Of a DNA stretch of 64,000 nt, positions 12,567 to 29,460 are shown piece after piece; position 1 is the first letter of the stretch; every line of letters starts with the position of its first letter. Made by a program: the position numbers and the translations under genes. A model generated the notes under the pieces. That model did not search any database and had not been told where the DNA came from. It worked only from the letters and a program-made list of their open reading frames with translations. Origin of the DNA: the human T2T-CHM13v2.0 reference genome, Homo sapiens; the NCBI RefSeq assembly GCF_009914755.1, contig NC_060928.1; one strand, given 5' to 3'.

Positions 12567-13372
12567 TGTATATTCTCTATCTGACCCTCGGTGTCCACTT
12601 TCCACCATTTTCTCCTGCTCTTGTCCCAGGAGACTGACCTAAATGACCTGTATAAATGCTCCCTTGCCTCTGGCATTTGGTTGGATATGGCCAATGGAAG
12701 TCACCAGCATTTGATCAGAAAATAGGAGAATGGTGAGGCCGGGATATTTACTCCTCTTTTCCAGGCTGCAGGGTTGGCATAGCTGTGTTCCTGTATCAAA
12801 GGCCACAGCACTTACACTGGGAAGTTGGCTCCTACAGCTACGTACATTACATACATGTCTCAAAGGCTTTGGTAACCATTTCCTTCTTTTTTTTTCTTTT
12901 TTTTTGGACAGAGCCTTGCTCTGTTGCCCAGGCTGGAGTGCAGTGGTCCGTGATCTCGGCTCACAGCAACCTCCACCTCCTGGGTTCAAGTGATTCTCCT
13001 GCCTCTGTCCCCCAAGTAGCTGGGATTACAGGTGCGTGCCATCGTGCCCAGCCAAGTTTTGTATTTTTAGTAGAGATGGGGTTTCACCATATTGGTCAGG
13101 CTGGTCTTGAACTACTGACCTCAAGCAGTCCACCTGTTTTGGCCTCCCAATGTGCTAGAATTACAGGCATGAGCCACCGTGCCCGGCCATGATCCTTTCT
13201 TATCAGGCATAGCTGAGGAACCTATTGCTGATACCAGGAGTGCATCACTATCTTCGGTTTCTTTTCCTTATTTTATCCATAATTTTGTCAATGGATCATT
13301 CATTAACTCACTTTATTTCCCTGCTTTTTTTTTTTTTGAGTTGCTGCTGCTTGACAAGACCCTGACTATACA
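12567..13372. mobile_element. LTR33-like ERVL LTR split by an Alu
   Basis: CTCCCTTGCCTCTGGCATTTGGTTGGATATGGCCAATGG…GACCCTGACTATACA; TG…CA ends. Confidence 0.65.
12887..13188 (-). mobile_element. AluS
   Basis: Dimeric antisense Alu with poly-T, ends GTGCCCGGCC. Confidence 0.95.
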
Positions 13373-14326
13373 CTTCCCTCCTACTTCCTTAACAATTATT
13401 CTCTGTCAAAAAAATTATTACAAACTTGGAAATAAGGATAAAAGGTGAACAGCATGTTCTTTCATTGTCTTATAGGGAGATTGCTTTATTGGTCCACCCA
13501 AGGATTATCCAAGGTGATGTACTTTGTTCACCTCACGCTTTATTATGGATTAGACATGCTTAGTGAAGTTACATGCTAATTTATGTATTTTTGCCCTATA
13601 AGGTTACAAATAATTTCTGTCCAAGTTTTCTCTTTCATAAAAAGATAACTCCAAAGCTTCCAGTTTTTTCAGGATATTAATAAATTTCATAATGTAGCAA
13701 TCTTATCCTCAATTCCTTTATTAAATTTCTTATAATAAATCAGCTATTCAAATCACTGAGTAGGTCTTAACATTTTCTGGGTTACCTTATTAATCAATGA
13801 ATTAAATGGTGTCTTTAATACATGTTCACTTTATATTTGCATTAGAGTCATGATCTTACCTCTTTGAAAATTCCACTTTAGCACCTCTTTTAATTATGTT
13901 TCCTGTCTTATTCCCACAGCTTCCATCTTTCGTTATCTATTGGTTCCTTCTTTTATGAGTTTAAGTGTCCTCAAATCTCTATCATTAGAAAAGCAACCAA
14001 CCAACCAACAAACAAAAAACCCCAAAGCCTCCTGCATTCCCACCTATACTTTATGCTTCTTGGAAGAGTTGCCTTCATACACATGCATTGTTCATTTCTT
14101 CATTTCATATTTACTTCTCCTTCTACTGACATGATTTCTTCTTCCATGATTCTAATGAAACTGCTCATGTCAAGGCAGTTAAAGACCTCCTTATTCAATT
14201 TAATAAACATATTAAGTTCTAAAGCTGTTCAAGTTCATCATTCTATTTGACTATGGTGTCTCTTTTCATTATATATATATTTTTATATTTTTCATTATAT
14301 ATATTTATTTTTCATAGAATCTTGCA

Positions 14327-14665
<339 letters not shown>

Positions 14666-14667
14666 TA

Positions 14668-14990
<323 letters not shown>

Positions 14991-15137
14991 GAGTGGTTGT
15001 GCCTCAAGATTTTTGCCTTAGCCTTCTTTTCTTTCTTTTTTTCCAGTTTAGTCTTTTATTTTCTCCTGCTTGGAGTAAAGTGAGAAAGTGAGAAGGAAAA
15101 ATAGCCCAGGGATTTTATTAGTTGGAATTCCACAATT

Positions 15138-15675
15138 TCTTTTAACTTTATATTTTGATATAACTTAGACTTTATGTAAAAGTTGCAGGAATAGAGTTCT
15201 TGTATGTATACCCCTCACTCAGTCTCTCCTAATATTAACATCTTCCATCACCATAGCACAATACTTGACACCAGGAAGTTGGCATTGATACAATACTATT
15301 AACTATAGACCTTATTCGGGTTCGCTAGTTTTCTCACTAATGTGTCCTCTTCATCTAGAATCTAATCCAGGATTCCACACTGAATTAATTGTCATAAATT
15401 CTTAGTCTCCTCCAGTCAGTGATGGTTCCTCAGTCCTTCCTTGTCTTTCAAGATCTTGACACTTTGAAGAGTACTGATCAGTCATTTTGTAGAATGTCCC
15501 ACAATCTGTACTCATCTGAAGTTTCTAGGATTAGATTGAAGTATGACTTTTTGGAAAAAACACCAGAGAAGTAGTGTATCACATCAGAATTTATATAACA
15601 TCCATAGATTTTCTAACTAGTGATGTTAACTTTGCTCATTTGGTTAACGTGATGTCTACCAGAATTCTTCATGGA
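15138..15675 (-). mobile_element. L1MC-type 3' fragment
   Basis: Diverged antisense L1M 3'UTR (GACACTTTGAAGAGTACTGATCAG…TTGTAGAATGTCC). Confidence 0.7.
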
Positions 15676-16597
<922 letters not shown>

Positions 16598-19500
16598 GGA
16601 TTTAACCTTACCTGGATTTGAGACAAATTTAGAGAGCTGAGCTAAGTATAAGGGTTGAGGAAGCAGTGGGAAGACCCCCGTGGGCACTTTTGGTCCCCAG
16701 GGAAGCCATTTATGACTTTGTCTTGCAGACGCCCTTGGGTAGGGCTGCCAGGAGAATTGGGGAAAGATCACAGGGAGAAGGAAACTTCCAGCTTAACTTT
16801 TTAACAATGTCCACCAAACGAGCAAAGTTTCCTGTTCAGAATCCGGGGGAGGAGCGAACAGGGATTGCAGAAACGAGGAAGCCTGAAGCCTGAAAGCCCT
16901 ACTTGCTTTCTCAGCGGGGGAGGCTTGTAGCCTGGGGCAAGTTCTCAGGCCTGCTGGTTGGCTGCCTAGAAATAAACTGGGTGCTATTGGTGGGGAGTGA
17001 GACTGGCCTTTTCGCTGCGTGGAAGCTGAGTAAGGCCTGTCACTGCGAGCTTTCCCCCACTTCCCTGGCCACCTGTACTACACAGCAGAGGCAGCCATAA
17101 TCCCCTTGAGAACATAACTCAATTGGATGGAGAACCGCATCCCCAACCCCCACAATGTCTGCAGCAAGCCCTGCCCAAGGAGAGTCTGAGCTCAGGCACA
17201 CCTAACCCTGTCCCCACCTAATGGGCATTCTCTACCTGCCCTGGTAGCTGAAGACAAAGGACATAATCTTTGGGAGCTCCATGGCCCCATCCACCACATG
17301 AGAAACAAAAATATTTATCCAGGTGAACCTAGGGCAAGCTTGTAGCCTCCCTCAACTACCGCAGCTGATGCTCTTTTGAAAGCGCCACCTCCTGGCTGCA
17401 GGCCAACCAACACAAAACTAGCACACTAAACAAAACTACAACCAAGGACCCTCACAGAGTCCACTTCACTCCCCTGCTACCTCCACCGGAGCAGGTGCTA
17501 CATGGTGGAGAGACCTGAAGATGGATCAAATCACAGGACTCTTTGCAGACACTCCCCAGCACCAGCCTGGAGCCTGGTAGCTCCCCAGAAGAGAAATAAT
17601 AATCACTGCACTTTGGCTCTCAGGCAGCCCCTAGGGGAGGGGGGAGAGCATCACATCAAGGGAGCACCCCGTGGAACAAAAGAATCTGAACAGCAGCCCT
17701 TGAGCCCCAGATCTTCCCTCTGACATAGTCTATTCAAATGAGAAGGAAACAGAAAAACAATTCTGGTAATATGACAAAACAAGGTTCTTTATTACCCCCA
17801 AAAGATCATACTAGCTTACTAGCAATGGATCCAAACCAAGACAGAATCTCTGAATTGCCAGAAAAAGAATTCGGAAGGTTGATTATGAAGCTACTCAAGG
17901 AGGCACGAGAGAAAGGTGAAGTCCCACTTAAAGAAAAAAAAATACAGGATATGAATGGAAAAATCTCCAGATAAATAGATCGCATAAATAAAAAACAATC
18001 ACAACTTTTGGAAATGAAGGGCACACGTAGAGAAATGGAAAGTCTCAACAACAAAATCGAGCAAGTAGAAGAAAGAGCTTCAGAGCTCAAAGACAAGGCT
18101 TTTAAATTAACCCAGTCTGACAAAGACAGAGAAAAAAGAATTAAAGAAATAAACAAAGCCTCCAAGAAGTTTGGGATTATGTTAAATGACCAAACCTAAG
18201 AATAATTGGTGTTCTTAAGGAAGAAGAGAAATCTCAAAGTTTGGAAAACATATTTGAAGGAATAATTGAGGAAAACTTCCCTGGCTTTTCTAGAGACTGA
18301 GACATCCAAATATGAGAAGCTCAAAGAACACTTGGGAAATTCATTGCAAAATGATCATCACCTAGGCACATAGTCATCATGTTATTAAAGCCAAGACGAA
18401 GGAAAAAATCTTAAGGGCTGTGAGGCAAAAGCATCAGGTAACCTCTAAAGGAAAACCTATCAGATTAACAGCAGATTTCTCAGCAGTAGCCCTATATTCT
18501 AGAAGAGATTGGGGTCCTATATTTAGTCTCCTTAAACAAGACAATTATCAGCCAAGAATTTTGTTTCCAGTGAAACTAAGGTTCATAAATGAAGGAAAGC
18601 TATGGTCTTTCAAAGACAAACAAATGCTGAGAGAATTTGCCATTACCAAGCCAGCACTCCAAGAACTGGTAAAAGGAGCTCTAAATCTTGAAACAAATCC
18701 TCAAAATACACCAAAATGGAACCCCTTTAAGTCATAAATATCACAGGACCTATAAAACAATAACACAATGAAAGAAAAAGCAAGGTATTCAGGCAACAAG
18801 TAGCAAAATGAATAGAACAGTACTTCACATCTCAATACTAACATTAAATGTAAATGGCCCAAATGCTCAAGAGATACAGAATGGTAGAATGTATAAGGGT
18901 TCACCAACCAAATATCTGCTGTCTTCAAGAGACTCACCTAACACAGAATAACTCACATAAACTTAAGGCAAAGGAATGGAAAAAGATATTCCATGCCAAT
19001 GGACACCAATGGTGAGGAGGAGTAGCTATTCTTATATCAGACAAAACAGAATTTAAAGAAACAACAGTTAAAAAAGACAAAGAGGGGCATTATATAATGA
19101 TAAAAGGACTAGTCTAACAGGAAAATGTCGCAATCCTAAATATATATGCAACTGACGCTGGAGCTCCTAAATTTATAAGAGAATTACTAGTAGACTGAAG
19201 ACATTAGATGGACAGCAACATAATAATAGTGGGGTATTTGAATACTCCACTGACAGCACTGGATGTGTCATCAAGACAGAAAGTCAACAAAAAAACAATG
19301 AACTTAAATTATACCCTAGAGCAAATAGACTTAACAGTTATTTACAGAACATTCTACCCAACATCTGCAGAATATAACATTCTATTCATCAGCACATGGA
19401 ACATTCTCCAAGATAGACCATATGGTAGGCCACAAAACCAGTCTTAATAAATTTAAGAAAATCAAAATTATATCAAATACTCTTTCAGACCACAGTGGAA

Positions 19501-21493
19501 TAAAATTAGAAATCAACTCCAAAAGGAACCCTCAAAACCATGCAAATACATGGAAATTAAATAACCTGCTCCTGAATGATCACTGAGTCAACAATGAAAT
19601 CAAGATGGAAATTAAAAAATTCTTTGAACTGAATGGTAATAGTGACAAAACCTATCAAAACCTATGTGATACAGCAAAGGCAGTGCTGAAAGAAAAGTTC
19701 ATAGCATTAAATGCCTATGTCAAAAGGTCTGAAAAAGCACAAATAGACAATCTAAGGTCACACCTCAAGGAACTAGAGAAGCAAGAACCAACCAAACTGA
19801 AACCCAGCAGAAGGAAAGAAATAACCAAGATCAGAGCAGAACTGCATGAAACTGAAACAAACAAACAAAAAATATAGAAGATAAATGAAAAAAATTGGTT
19901 ATTTGAAAAGATGAACAAAATGGATAGACCATTAATGAGATTAACCAAGTAAATAAGAGAGAAGATACAAATAAGCTCAATTAGAAATGAAATGAGACAT
20001 ATTACAACTGATACCACAGAAATACAAAAGATTACTCAAGGCTACTATAGATACCCATATGTGCACAAACTAGAAAACCTAGAAGAGATGAATAAATTCC
20101 TGGAAATATACAATCCACCTAGATTAAACCAGGAAGAAACAGAAACTTTGAACAAATCCATAACAAGCAGTGAGATTGAAATAATCATAAAAAGACTTCC
20201 AACAAAAAGAAGTCCCAGACCAGACTGATTCACAGCTGAATTCTATGAGACATTCAAAGAATAATTGATACCAATCCTATTGACACTATTCCAGAAGATA
20301 AAGAAAGAGGGAAACCTCCCTAAGTCAGTCTAAAGCCAGCATTACCCTAATACCTCAAACAGAAATGGCCATAACAAAAAAAGAAAACTACAGACCAATA
20401 AACCTGATGAATTTAGATGCAAAAATCTTCAACAAAACACTATATAACCAAATTTAACAGCATTTCAAAAAGATAATCCATTATGATCAAGTCAGTTTCA
20501 TACCAGAGATGCAGGGATGGTTTAACCTATGCAAGTCAATAAATGTGATACACCACATAAACAGAATTAAAAACAAAAATCACATGAACATCTCAACAGA
20601 CACAGAAAAAGCATTTGACAAAACCCAGCATCGTTTTATGATTAAATCCTCAGCAAAATCGGCATAGAAGGGGCATTTCTTAGGGTAATAAAAGCCATCT
20701 ATGACAAACTTACAGCCAACATTATACTGAACAGGGAAAAGTTGAAAGTATTCTCCATGAGAACTGGAGCAAGGCAAGGAGGCCAACTCTCACAACTTCT
20801 ATTCAATATAGTACTGGAAGTCCTAGCCAGAGCAATCAGAAAAGAGAAAGAAATAAAGGGCATCCACATTAGTAAAGAGGAAGTCTAGCTGTTGCTGTTT
20901 GCTGATGATATGATCGTACAGTTAGAAAACCCTAAAAGTCATCCCCAAATCTCCTAGAACTGATAAATGAATTCAGTAGTTTCAGGATACAAAATCAATG
21001 TACATAAATCAGTAGCACTGCTCTAAGCCAACAGTGACCAAGCTGAGAATCAAATCAAGAACTCAACACCATTTACAATAGCTGCAACAAACAAACAAAC
21101 AAATAAAAAATATAGGAATATACCTAATCAAGGAGGTGAAAGACCTCTACAAGGAAAACTACAAAACACCGCTGAAAGAAATGATGACAGAAACAAATGG
21201 AAAAACATCCCATGATCATGGATGGGTGGAATCAATATTGTGAAAATGACCATACCGCCAAAAGCAATCTACACATTCAATGCAATTCCCATAGAAATAC
21301 CAGCATCATTCTTCACAGAACTAGAAGAAACAATCCTAAAATTCATATGGAACCAAAAAAGAGCCCACATAGCCAAAGCAAAGCTAAGCTAAAAGAACAA
21401 ATCTGGAGACATCACACCATTTGACTTCAAATTATACTATAATGCCACAATTACCAAAATAGGATGGTGCTGATATAAAAATAGGCATATAGA

Positions 21494-22002
<509 letters not shown>

Positions 22003-22805
22003 TCACCTTATACAAAAATCAACTCAAGATGGATCAAAGACTTAAATCTAAGACCTGAAACCATAAAAATTCTAGAAGATAACATTGGACAAACCCTTCT
22101 AGATATTGGCTTAGCCAAAGACTTCTTGACAAAGAACCCAAAAGCAAATGCAACAAAAACAAAGATAAATAGATTGGACTTAATTAAACTAAAAAGCTCT
22201 GCACAGCAAAAGAAATAATCAGCAGAGTAAAGAGATAACCCACAGAGTGGGAGAAAAATCTTCGCAAAGTGTGCATCTGACAAAGGACTAATATACAGAA
22301 TCTACAAGGAACTCAAACAAATCAGCAATGAGAAAATAAAAAATCATATCAAAATGTGGGCTAGGGACATGAATAGATAATTCTTAAAAGAAGATATACA
22401 AATGACCAATAAACATGAAAAGATTCTCAACATCACTAATTATCAGGGAAATGCATATCAAAATCACAATGTGATACCACCTGCAAGAATTGTCATAATC
22501 AAAAAATCCAAAAATAATAGATGTTGGTGTGGATATGGTGAAAAGGGAACACTTTTACCCTGCTGGTGGAAATGTTAACTAGCACAACAACTATAGAGAA
22601 CAGTGTGGAGATTTCTTAAATAACTAAAAGTAGATCTCACATTTTATCCAGCAATTTCACTATGGAGTATTTACCCAGAGGAAAACAAGTCATTATACGA
22701 AAAAGATACTTGCACACACATGTTTATAGCAGCACAATTTGCAACTGCAAAAATATGGAAAAAGCCCAAATGCCCATCAATCAATGAATGGATAAATAAA
22801 ATGTG

Positions 22806-22849
<44 letters not shown>

Positions 22850-23630
22850 CCATATATATACGTATATATGGCTATATGTGTATATATACATATATAGTGT
22901 GTATATATACGTATATACACACACGCGTATATATACATGCGTGTGTGTATACGTATATATACACGCTTGTGTGTATATATGTATATGTATACATATATAC
23001 CATTTCATTCCTTTTTATGGCTGAGTAGTATTCCATGGTGTGTGTGTGTGTATATATATATATACACACATATATACCATATATGTGTGTATATATATGT
23101 GTGTGTATATATGGTATATAGGTATACATATGTGTATACATATACACCATATATACACACACATATGTATACACACACCATGGAATACACATATACACCA
23201 TGGAATACACATATACATATATATGTATATGTATAGGTATACATCGTATATATATACATGGAATATATGTGTACATGGTATATGTATACATGGAATACAC
23301 ATATACATATACATATGTATACATATGTATATATATGGAGTACACACATACACATATGTATACATATGTATATATATGGAGTACACACATACATATATGT
23401 ATACATATATACCATATATATACACACACACATATGTATACACACACACCATGGAATACTACTATATAGTAGTCCATATATACATATATATGGTATATAT
23501 GTAGACATATATTCCATGTATGCATGCATTCCATGGTGTGTGTGTGTATATATATATATATATGTATACATATATACCATATATATGTGTATGTGTGTGT
23601 GTGTGTGTGTGCATGTGTATATATACATAC
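22806..23630. repeat. ~820-bp complex (TA/CA/TG)n expansion in the L1PB 3' region
   Basis: Alternating purine-pyrimidine tract with interspersed CCATGGAATAC units in both orientations. Confidence 0.95.
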
Positions 23631-24570
23631 ACCATAGAATACTACTCAGCCATAAAAAGGAGTGAAATAATGGCATTCATAGCAACCTGGATGGAATTGG
23701 AGGCCAGTATTCTAAGTGAAGTAACTCAGGAATGGAAAACCAAACATTGTATATTCTCACTTATAAATGGGAGCTAAGCTATGAGGATACAAAGGCATAA
23801 GAATGATAAAATGCATTTTGGGAACTCAGGGTGGGGAAAGTGTAGGAGGTGGGTGAGGGATAAAAGACTACACTTTGGGTCGAGTTTACACTGTTCAGAT
23901 GACACGTGCACCAAAATCTCAGAAATCATCACTAAAGAACTTATCCATGTACCCGAACACTACCTATTTCCCCAAAACCTATTGAAATTTTTTAAAAAAG
24001 TCTATAAAAATCAGAATAATTATAAAACTTTCTGAAAATATAGAAATATTTGACTGAAATGGGACTTGAGCGATGGAGATAAATGGGCATGAAATCATGG
24101 CAGAATAAAAATATTACAAGTCCCAAATATTAGTGCTATTTTTATACTTAATTTTTTATGAGCAGATTTTAAAAATCAAGTGGTTATATCAATTTAATAA
24201 AAATAGTAAAAAATTATTTGGTTTGTCGAATTATAAAACTGGTTCAGTTATAGTTTTTTGAGGAATTAAAATTTCAAGTATAGGTAGATTATAGGGGAAT
24301 TATAAAACTCAACTAAAAATATTAATGCTTTTAGGAAGAGTTTATTCTATGCCTTGGGAGGAAATATTTGAAGATTATACTAGAAACTTTTGTTGCCAAA
24401 AAACAAGTATGCTTTGAAATGCTGTGATGTGGTGTTGACAGAATTCAATAGCCAACTTAAAAAGAGATACCACTGGCCAAAATGTGACCATTTGAGCATC
24501 AAAAATAAAATTAAAATTGCAAATGATTAAAACAGCAGAGGCCAAAAGAAACTATAATTTATAATGATGC

Positions 24571-24939
24571 TGTATTGGTCCATTTTTACACTGCTTTAAA
24601 GATACCACCTGAGATTCAGTAATCTATAAACAAAAGAGGTTTAATTGACTCACAGTTCCACATGGTTGGGGAGGCCTCAGGAAACTTACAATCATAGTCA
24701 AAGGTGAAGGGGAAGCAAGGCACAGTCTTACATGGCAGCAGGAGAAAGAGGTGGGAGTGGAAGGGCCAGACACTTATCAAACAACCAGATCTCATGAGAG
24801 CTTACTCACTATCATGAGAACAGCAAGGGGGAAATCTGCCCCCATGATCCAATTACCTCCCACCAGGTCCCTCCCTTGACATGTGAGGATTACAATTTGA
24901 GATGAGATTTGGGTGGGGACACAGAACCAAACCATATCA
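24571..24939 (-). mobile_element. MSTA/THE1-type MaLR solo LTR
   Basis: TGTATT…CCAAACCATATCA; TSD GATGC/GATGT. Confidence 0.92.
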
Positions 24940-25334
24940 GATGTTAAAAAGGAAATGGAACTTTATTTTCTTGTAATATAAATGATACTGTATTCAAGTT
25001 AATTTCTTTGGAGAAAAATAACATTTTATCAAATTTCATTTTATACACATACACACACACATACACACACACTCACACATATATAATGGAAGCATCCTAT
25101 CTGTAGAAGGATCCTATCCCATGTATACTCAGACTTCTAAACTTCTCTCTGAATACCTTCAAGGAACTGAATAAAAATTTATCTAATAATGTTCCATATC
25201 CATCAACTAATTGCATCTGAGATTACTGAGGAGATTCTATGCCAAGATTTTTATTCTTCTGATTTTTTTATCATGTATTTATTCAAAACTTCTGTTTGGA
25301 TGGAATTCATTGTATAAGACCAAGAAATTTATAA

Positions 25335-25698
<364 letters not shown>

Positions 25699-26911
25699 GA
25701 CAAAATTATTTTTTTTACTTTGCTAGAACTTAAATTTATAAAGCCTACCTTCTTAGAGCATCTTATATATGATGAAATTCAGTGTTCTATGGTTTTCACT
25801 TGAGCATGTTTAACAGGATTGGGTTACCAGCATTACTAAAAGGACCCTAAAATATTTTATAAAATGGTCCTTCATCTTGGAACTTCAGAAAGAGTTATTG
25901 ATTTTAGCACAATGCTCACCATATGCTTACCATAGTCTCTCAAAGTCCTAAAAAAAACCCTGTGGAATGAAGGAATCTTTTAGCGCTGAAGTGGAGAGAA
26001 TGCTCTATTACAATTGTGAGTGCTTTTTTGCATATAGCAGAGTATTTTGAAAACATCATTTACTGTCACATATACATTCCAATGTGATGCATTTGTATTC
26101 CATTTTGTCTGTTTCATGAAAAACTGTCCATAGCTTGAGGTGAAAGGTAATTGCTGCAAACAAATCCATCAGCCCATTGCTACGGCTTCCCTCCATTTCT
26201 CCCATGTAAAAAGTGCTCATTTTTGCAATCTCTTCTTCAGAAAGCTGTGAATCTAAGTACCCAGAACAGTTTGTTCCTTCTCTTTTTCATCTAGAACAAA
26301 CAAAGAAGTGTCAAGGGGATGGAAGAAAGTCCTTCCCCAAGCATCTCAGTGAATATACGTTCCTTTTAAACTGTTGAACCTTTTTTGTTTTAGAAAACTT
26401 TTCATTGTTTGATGTCCATGATGATCACTTAGACTAATTCGCGAGCCACTGGACTTAGCAGAGCATGGATATTTCTTAAATTTGAAACAGACAAAGCTCA
26501 GAAAGACAAATTTCATCTCTGTAGACTTTGTTTACAATTTGTATTGGGTGGGACTTATTTACAGTGCATTGCATCTAGGCAGTGTTGCTGTTGCTTCTTA
26601 TGCCAAATGAAAGAGGAATGTTAAAGTCTGCAAGATGATATTCTCATTAAATTATTATGATGTTTTTATTTATACAAAGTTAGGTAAAAATGACCTCATA
26701 GGTTTCTATCAGCTCTGTAATTCAATATCCCAAATGACTCAATTATTTCGTCTTAAATCCATGACGCTTACAAGAATTTCTAAATTATCGCCTGAGAGAT
26801 AATTTTCACATTTATTTTTAGAAGGCAGAAGATCATGGATTAATATAACTGTAGGTTAGAGAAGAGAAGCACTGTATATTTTAATACTTGAAATGTATGA
26901 TCTCTTAATGA

Positions 26912-27665
26912 ATGGTGTAATTTATGGGCCAATGCATGGGCTTTGGATTTTGGGCTGCCCTGTGTTGAGATCCTGGCTTGGTATATCAGTTAGCTTTCTT
27001 TGATTGCAGAGAAACAAATATTGCCTAACTTAAGCAAAAAGGAAACTTATTGGCAAAATTTTAAGATATAACAAACTTGAAGATTCGAGAACTGCTTCTT
27101 GAAATTGGCAGAAACCAATAGTTTTGGGTGAGTCAAGAAAATAAGAACTAAAGAAAATTTCTCAAGATAGGAAAAGTCAGATGGGGGTACTGCTTCTGAA
27201 GGAATGGAATATCACCATTTTTTTTTTAAAGCCTTGTACCATTTCCTCAAGGGTTAAAGTCCCAGAAAAGAATATTTGACTAAATATTGTTCCCCAGCTA
27301 GTACAAGTCTAGTGGAAAGAAGGATCCTCTCCTTCAATTTCTGTAATGAAAGTTATCAATTTGCCACCTATTAAAATATTCTAAATGAGTGAGATATGAT
27401 TCCCCAAGAGGAAATTGGAGTGCTGCAAGAAAGGGATAATGGATGCTGGGGGCCAAAGAGCAACAAATATACATTATGCATGGCTGCTTACTAGCAGTAT
27501 GATGATTGGCAAGTTACGTAACCTTTCTAAGCCTCAGTCTTATCTATAAAATGGCAACAATAACAATTTCTTCTTTCTTGGATTATTGTATTAAATGAAA
27601 TAATATATGGACAATCTGAGGCTCATAGTAATCATACCATACATATAAGCTATCATTATTATTAT
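26912..27665 (+). mobile_element. MIR split by an old MLT1 LTR (~26982-27478)
   Basis: MIR 5' part ends GATCCTGGCT; resumes CTTACTAGC…TAAGCCTCAGT…TATAAAATGG; MLT1-like AACTTAAGCAAAAAGGAAACTTATTGG between. Confidence 0.6.
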
Positions 27666-28824
27666 TTTTTAGTTTCTACAGTCCTTTTGCAGACATTTGT
27701 TTATTAATTTCCCACAATATCCTGTTAGATAACTATAATGGATTATTATCCTTGTTTTATGGATGAGAAACATGGACTTAGAAGGAGTTGCCCAAAACCT
27801 AAAGCCTGGTGTTCTCTGAAATCCTACGTACTTTCTTCTGTGGAGTGCAGCACGTCACTGAAATATCATCACTTTGGAGAAAAAACAAAAAGCAATGCTG
27901 TGACATAGCATTGAGCAATAGTCAGAACTAGGTAACATTCAGATAGAGCTCTTATAGCAATCGGATTGTTTGCTCACTGCTTTGCTGAAGGTTAATTCAG
28001 CTCTTGTGGATATTGACTGGAAGTGGATGTCCTGAAGAACGCTCACAGGATGGTGTCAATGTTGCAGTGCAATTCTGTGACCTTGAGGTTTTAGCGCAAA
28101 GAAACCCAAGCTGATAAAACTGTGCTTTAAAAGTATAGTTTTGATACTGTTCGCTTATTAACAAAATGTGAGAGTACAGAAAAGCAGTCTGTCATATACC
28201 ATAGAATTTTTTAAAGCAATCCACTGCTCTGTGTGTGGGCAGGTCTGGATTCCTTTTTAGTTTCACACCTGGACATCCATGCATAAGGGTGGGACATACT
28301 GTTTAATAACAAGTATGTTTTTCTGTCCTGAGTTTTACTATCTTGCAACATTGCATCTCTGTCTTGGTGAATATTTACCCAGTCTAGGAGGCTGTTTTCA
28401 GGACCTAAAAGACAGCATTCTCCAGTGAGCATTCTCTAGCTTCCCACCTCTGGGGTCCATCTTCCTTTACTGATCTCTCTGGAACAAGAAAGCAGAATTG
28501 TTCTTGTAGTAAACAAAGTCAGCAATATCCAACTGTGCTTTTAGCAAGAAAGGGACCAGAAAGCTGGGAGAATTTATTGATTTCTTGTTGATCCTCCTGA
28601 TTTTCTATGTTTTTTCCTTAAAGAATCTGAAGTGAGATTTTGAAAACTGTCCAAGTTACTAATTTTCTTTTAAGACCTCCAGGCTGCCTGGTTCTTTTGT
28701 ATTCTCCTCTGTACTCACTTTTTGCTGCCTTATATGTAAATTCTTAACATTGAAGGCAGTGCCTCCTGTGAGACTGTGGACTCCAAGAGAGTTAGAGATA
28801 ATATCTTGTCCACTTTTTGCATCC

Positions 28825-28996
28825 TTTAAGTGCACTTCAAAGTGCAATCTGTGGACCAACAGCAGAGACATCACCACGGAGACATCAGAAATGTAGAATG
28901 TCAAACCCTGCTCCAGACTTAGTGTAACAGTATATGCATTTTAATAAGCTCTCTAGGTGCTTTGTGTGCACATTTAAAATTGAGCAACATTGCTCT
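28825..28996. mobile_element. MER5-type hAT MITE
   Basis: TTCAAAGTG…GACCAACAGCA…AGAAATGTAGAAT…GCATTTTAATAAG…TTGAGCAACATTGCTCT. Confidence 0.7.
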
Positions 28997-29460
28997 TCAG
29001 CACTTTTGACACAATGCATGTTAAATAGTAATGAAGATAATAAAGTATGCAAGCTAAATAATTATTATTTATGAAATCCTCTTCACTGCCATTTCTTTAC
29101 CTCTTCAACATTCTCTAGTAACATCCCAATGCTAGAAGCAATGGAAACTTTTGAAGACATATGAAGTTGGCAATTTCAGAATCCACTTGCCCAGCTCAAA
29201 AAAAGGAAAGCAAAAAGAAAATAGAAGTAAGTGATCATCTAGTGAGGAGTGCCGGAGGAAGAGAGTCATTGTTTGTTAAGTTCGTGTTCTTTATGAATAT
29301 CATGAGCTTCAAAAAGCAATAGGTTTCTAAGCCACAGCTGCATTTCCCTCATTGCCCCATCTCAATCTCAACCCATTCATTCACTTTTATGTGTTTCATT
29401 TACCACATTTTCTGTGCATGCTTTATTTACACAAAATAATCACATTATAAAATATGTACA

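Noticed and set aside
12639-13192. Alu-spanning ORFs (also at 21554, 25341, 55258)
   Set aside because: Typical Alu-derived peptides ([14 protein letters not shown]), not genes.
23170-23540. Recurrent CCATGGAATAC with variable spacers resembling a CRISPR array
   Set aside because: Eukaryotic L1 context, irregular spacing, low-complexity spacers and no cas genes.
22671-23777. Many overlapping 60-223-aa ORFs rich in Y/I/C/V/H/T
   Set aside because: Translation of alternating purine-pyrimidine microsatellite, which lacks stop codons.
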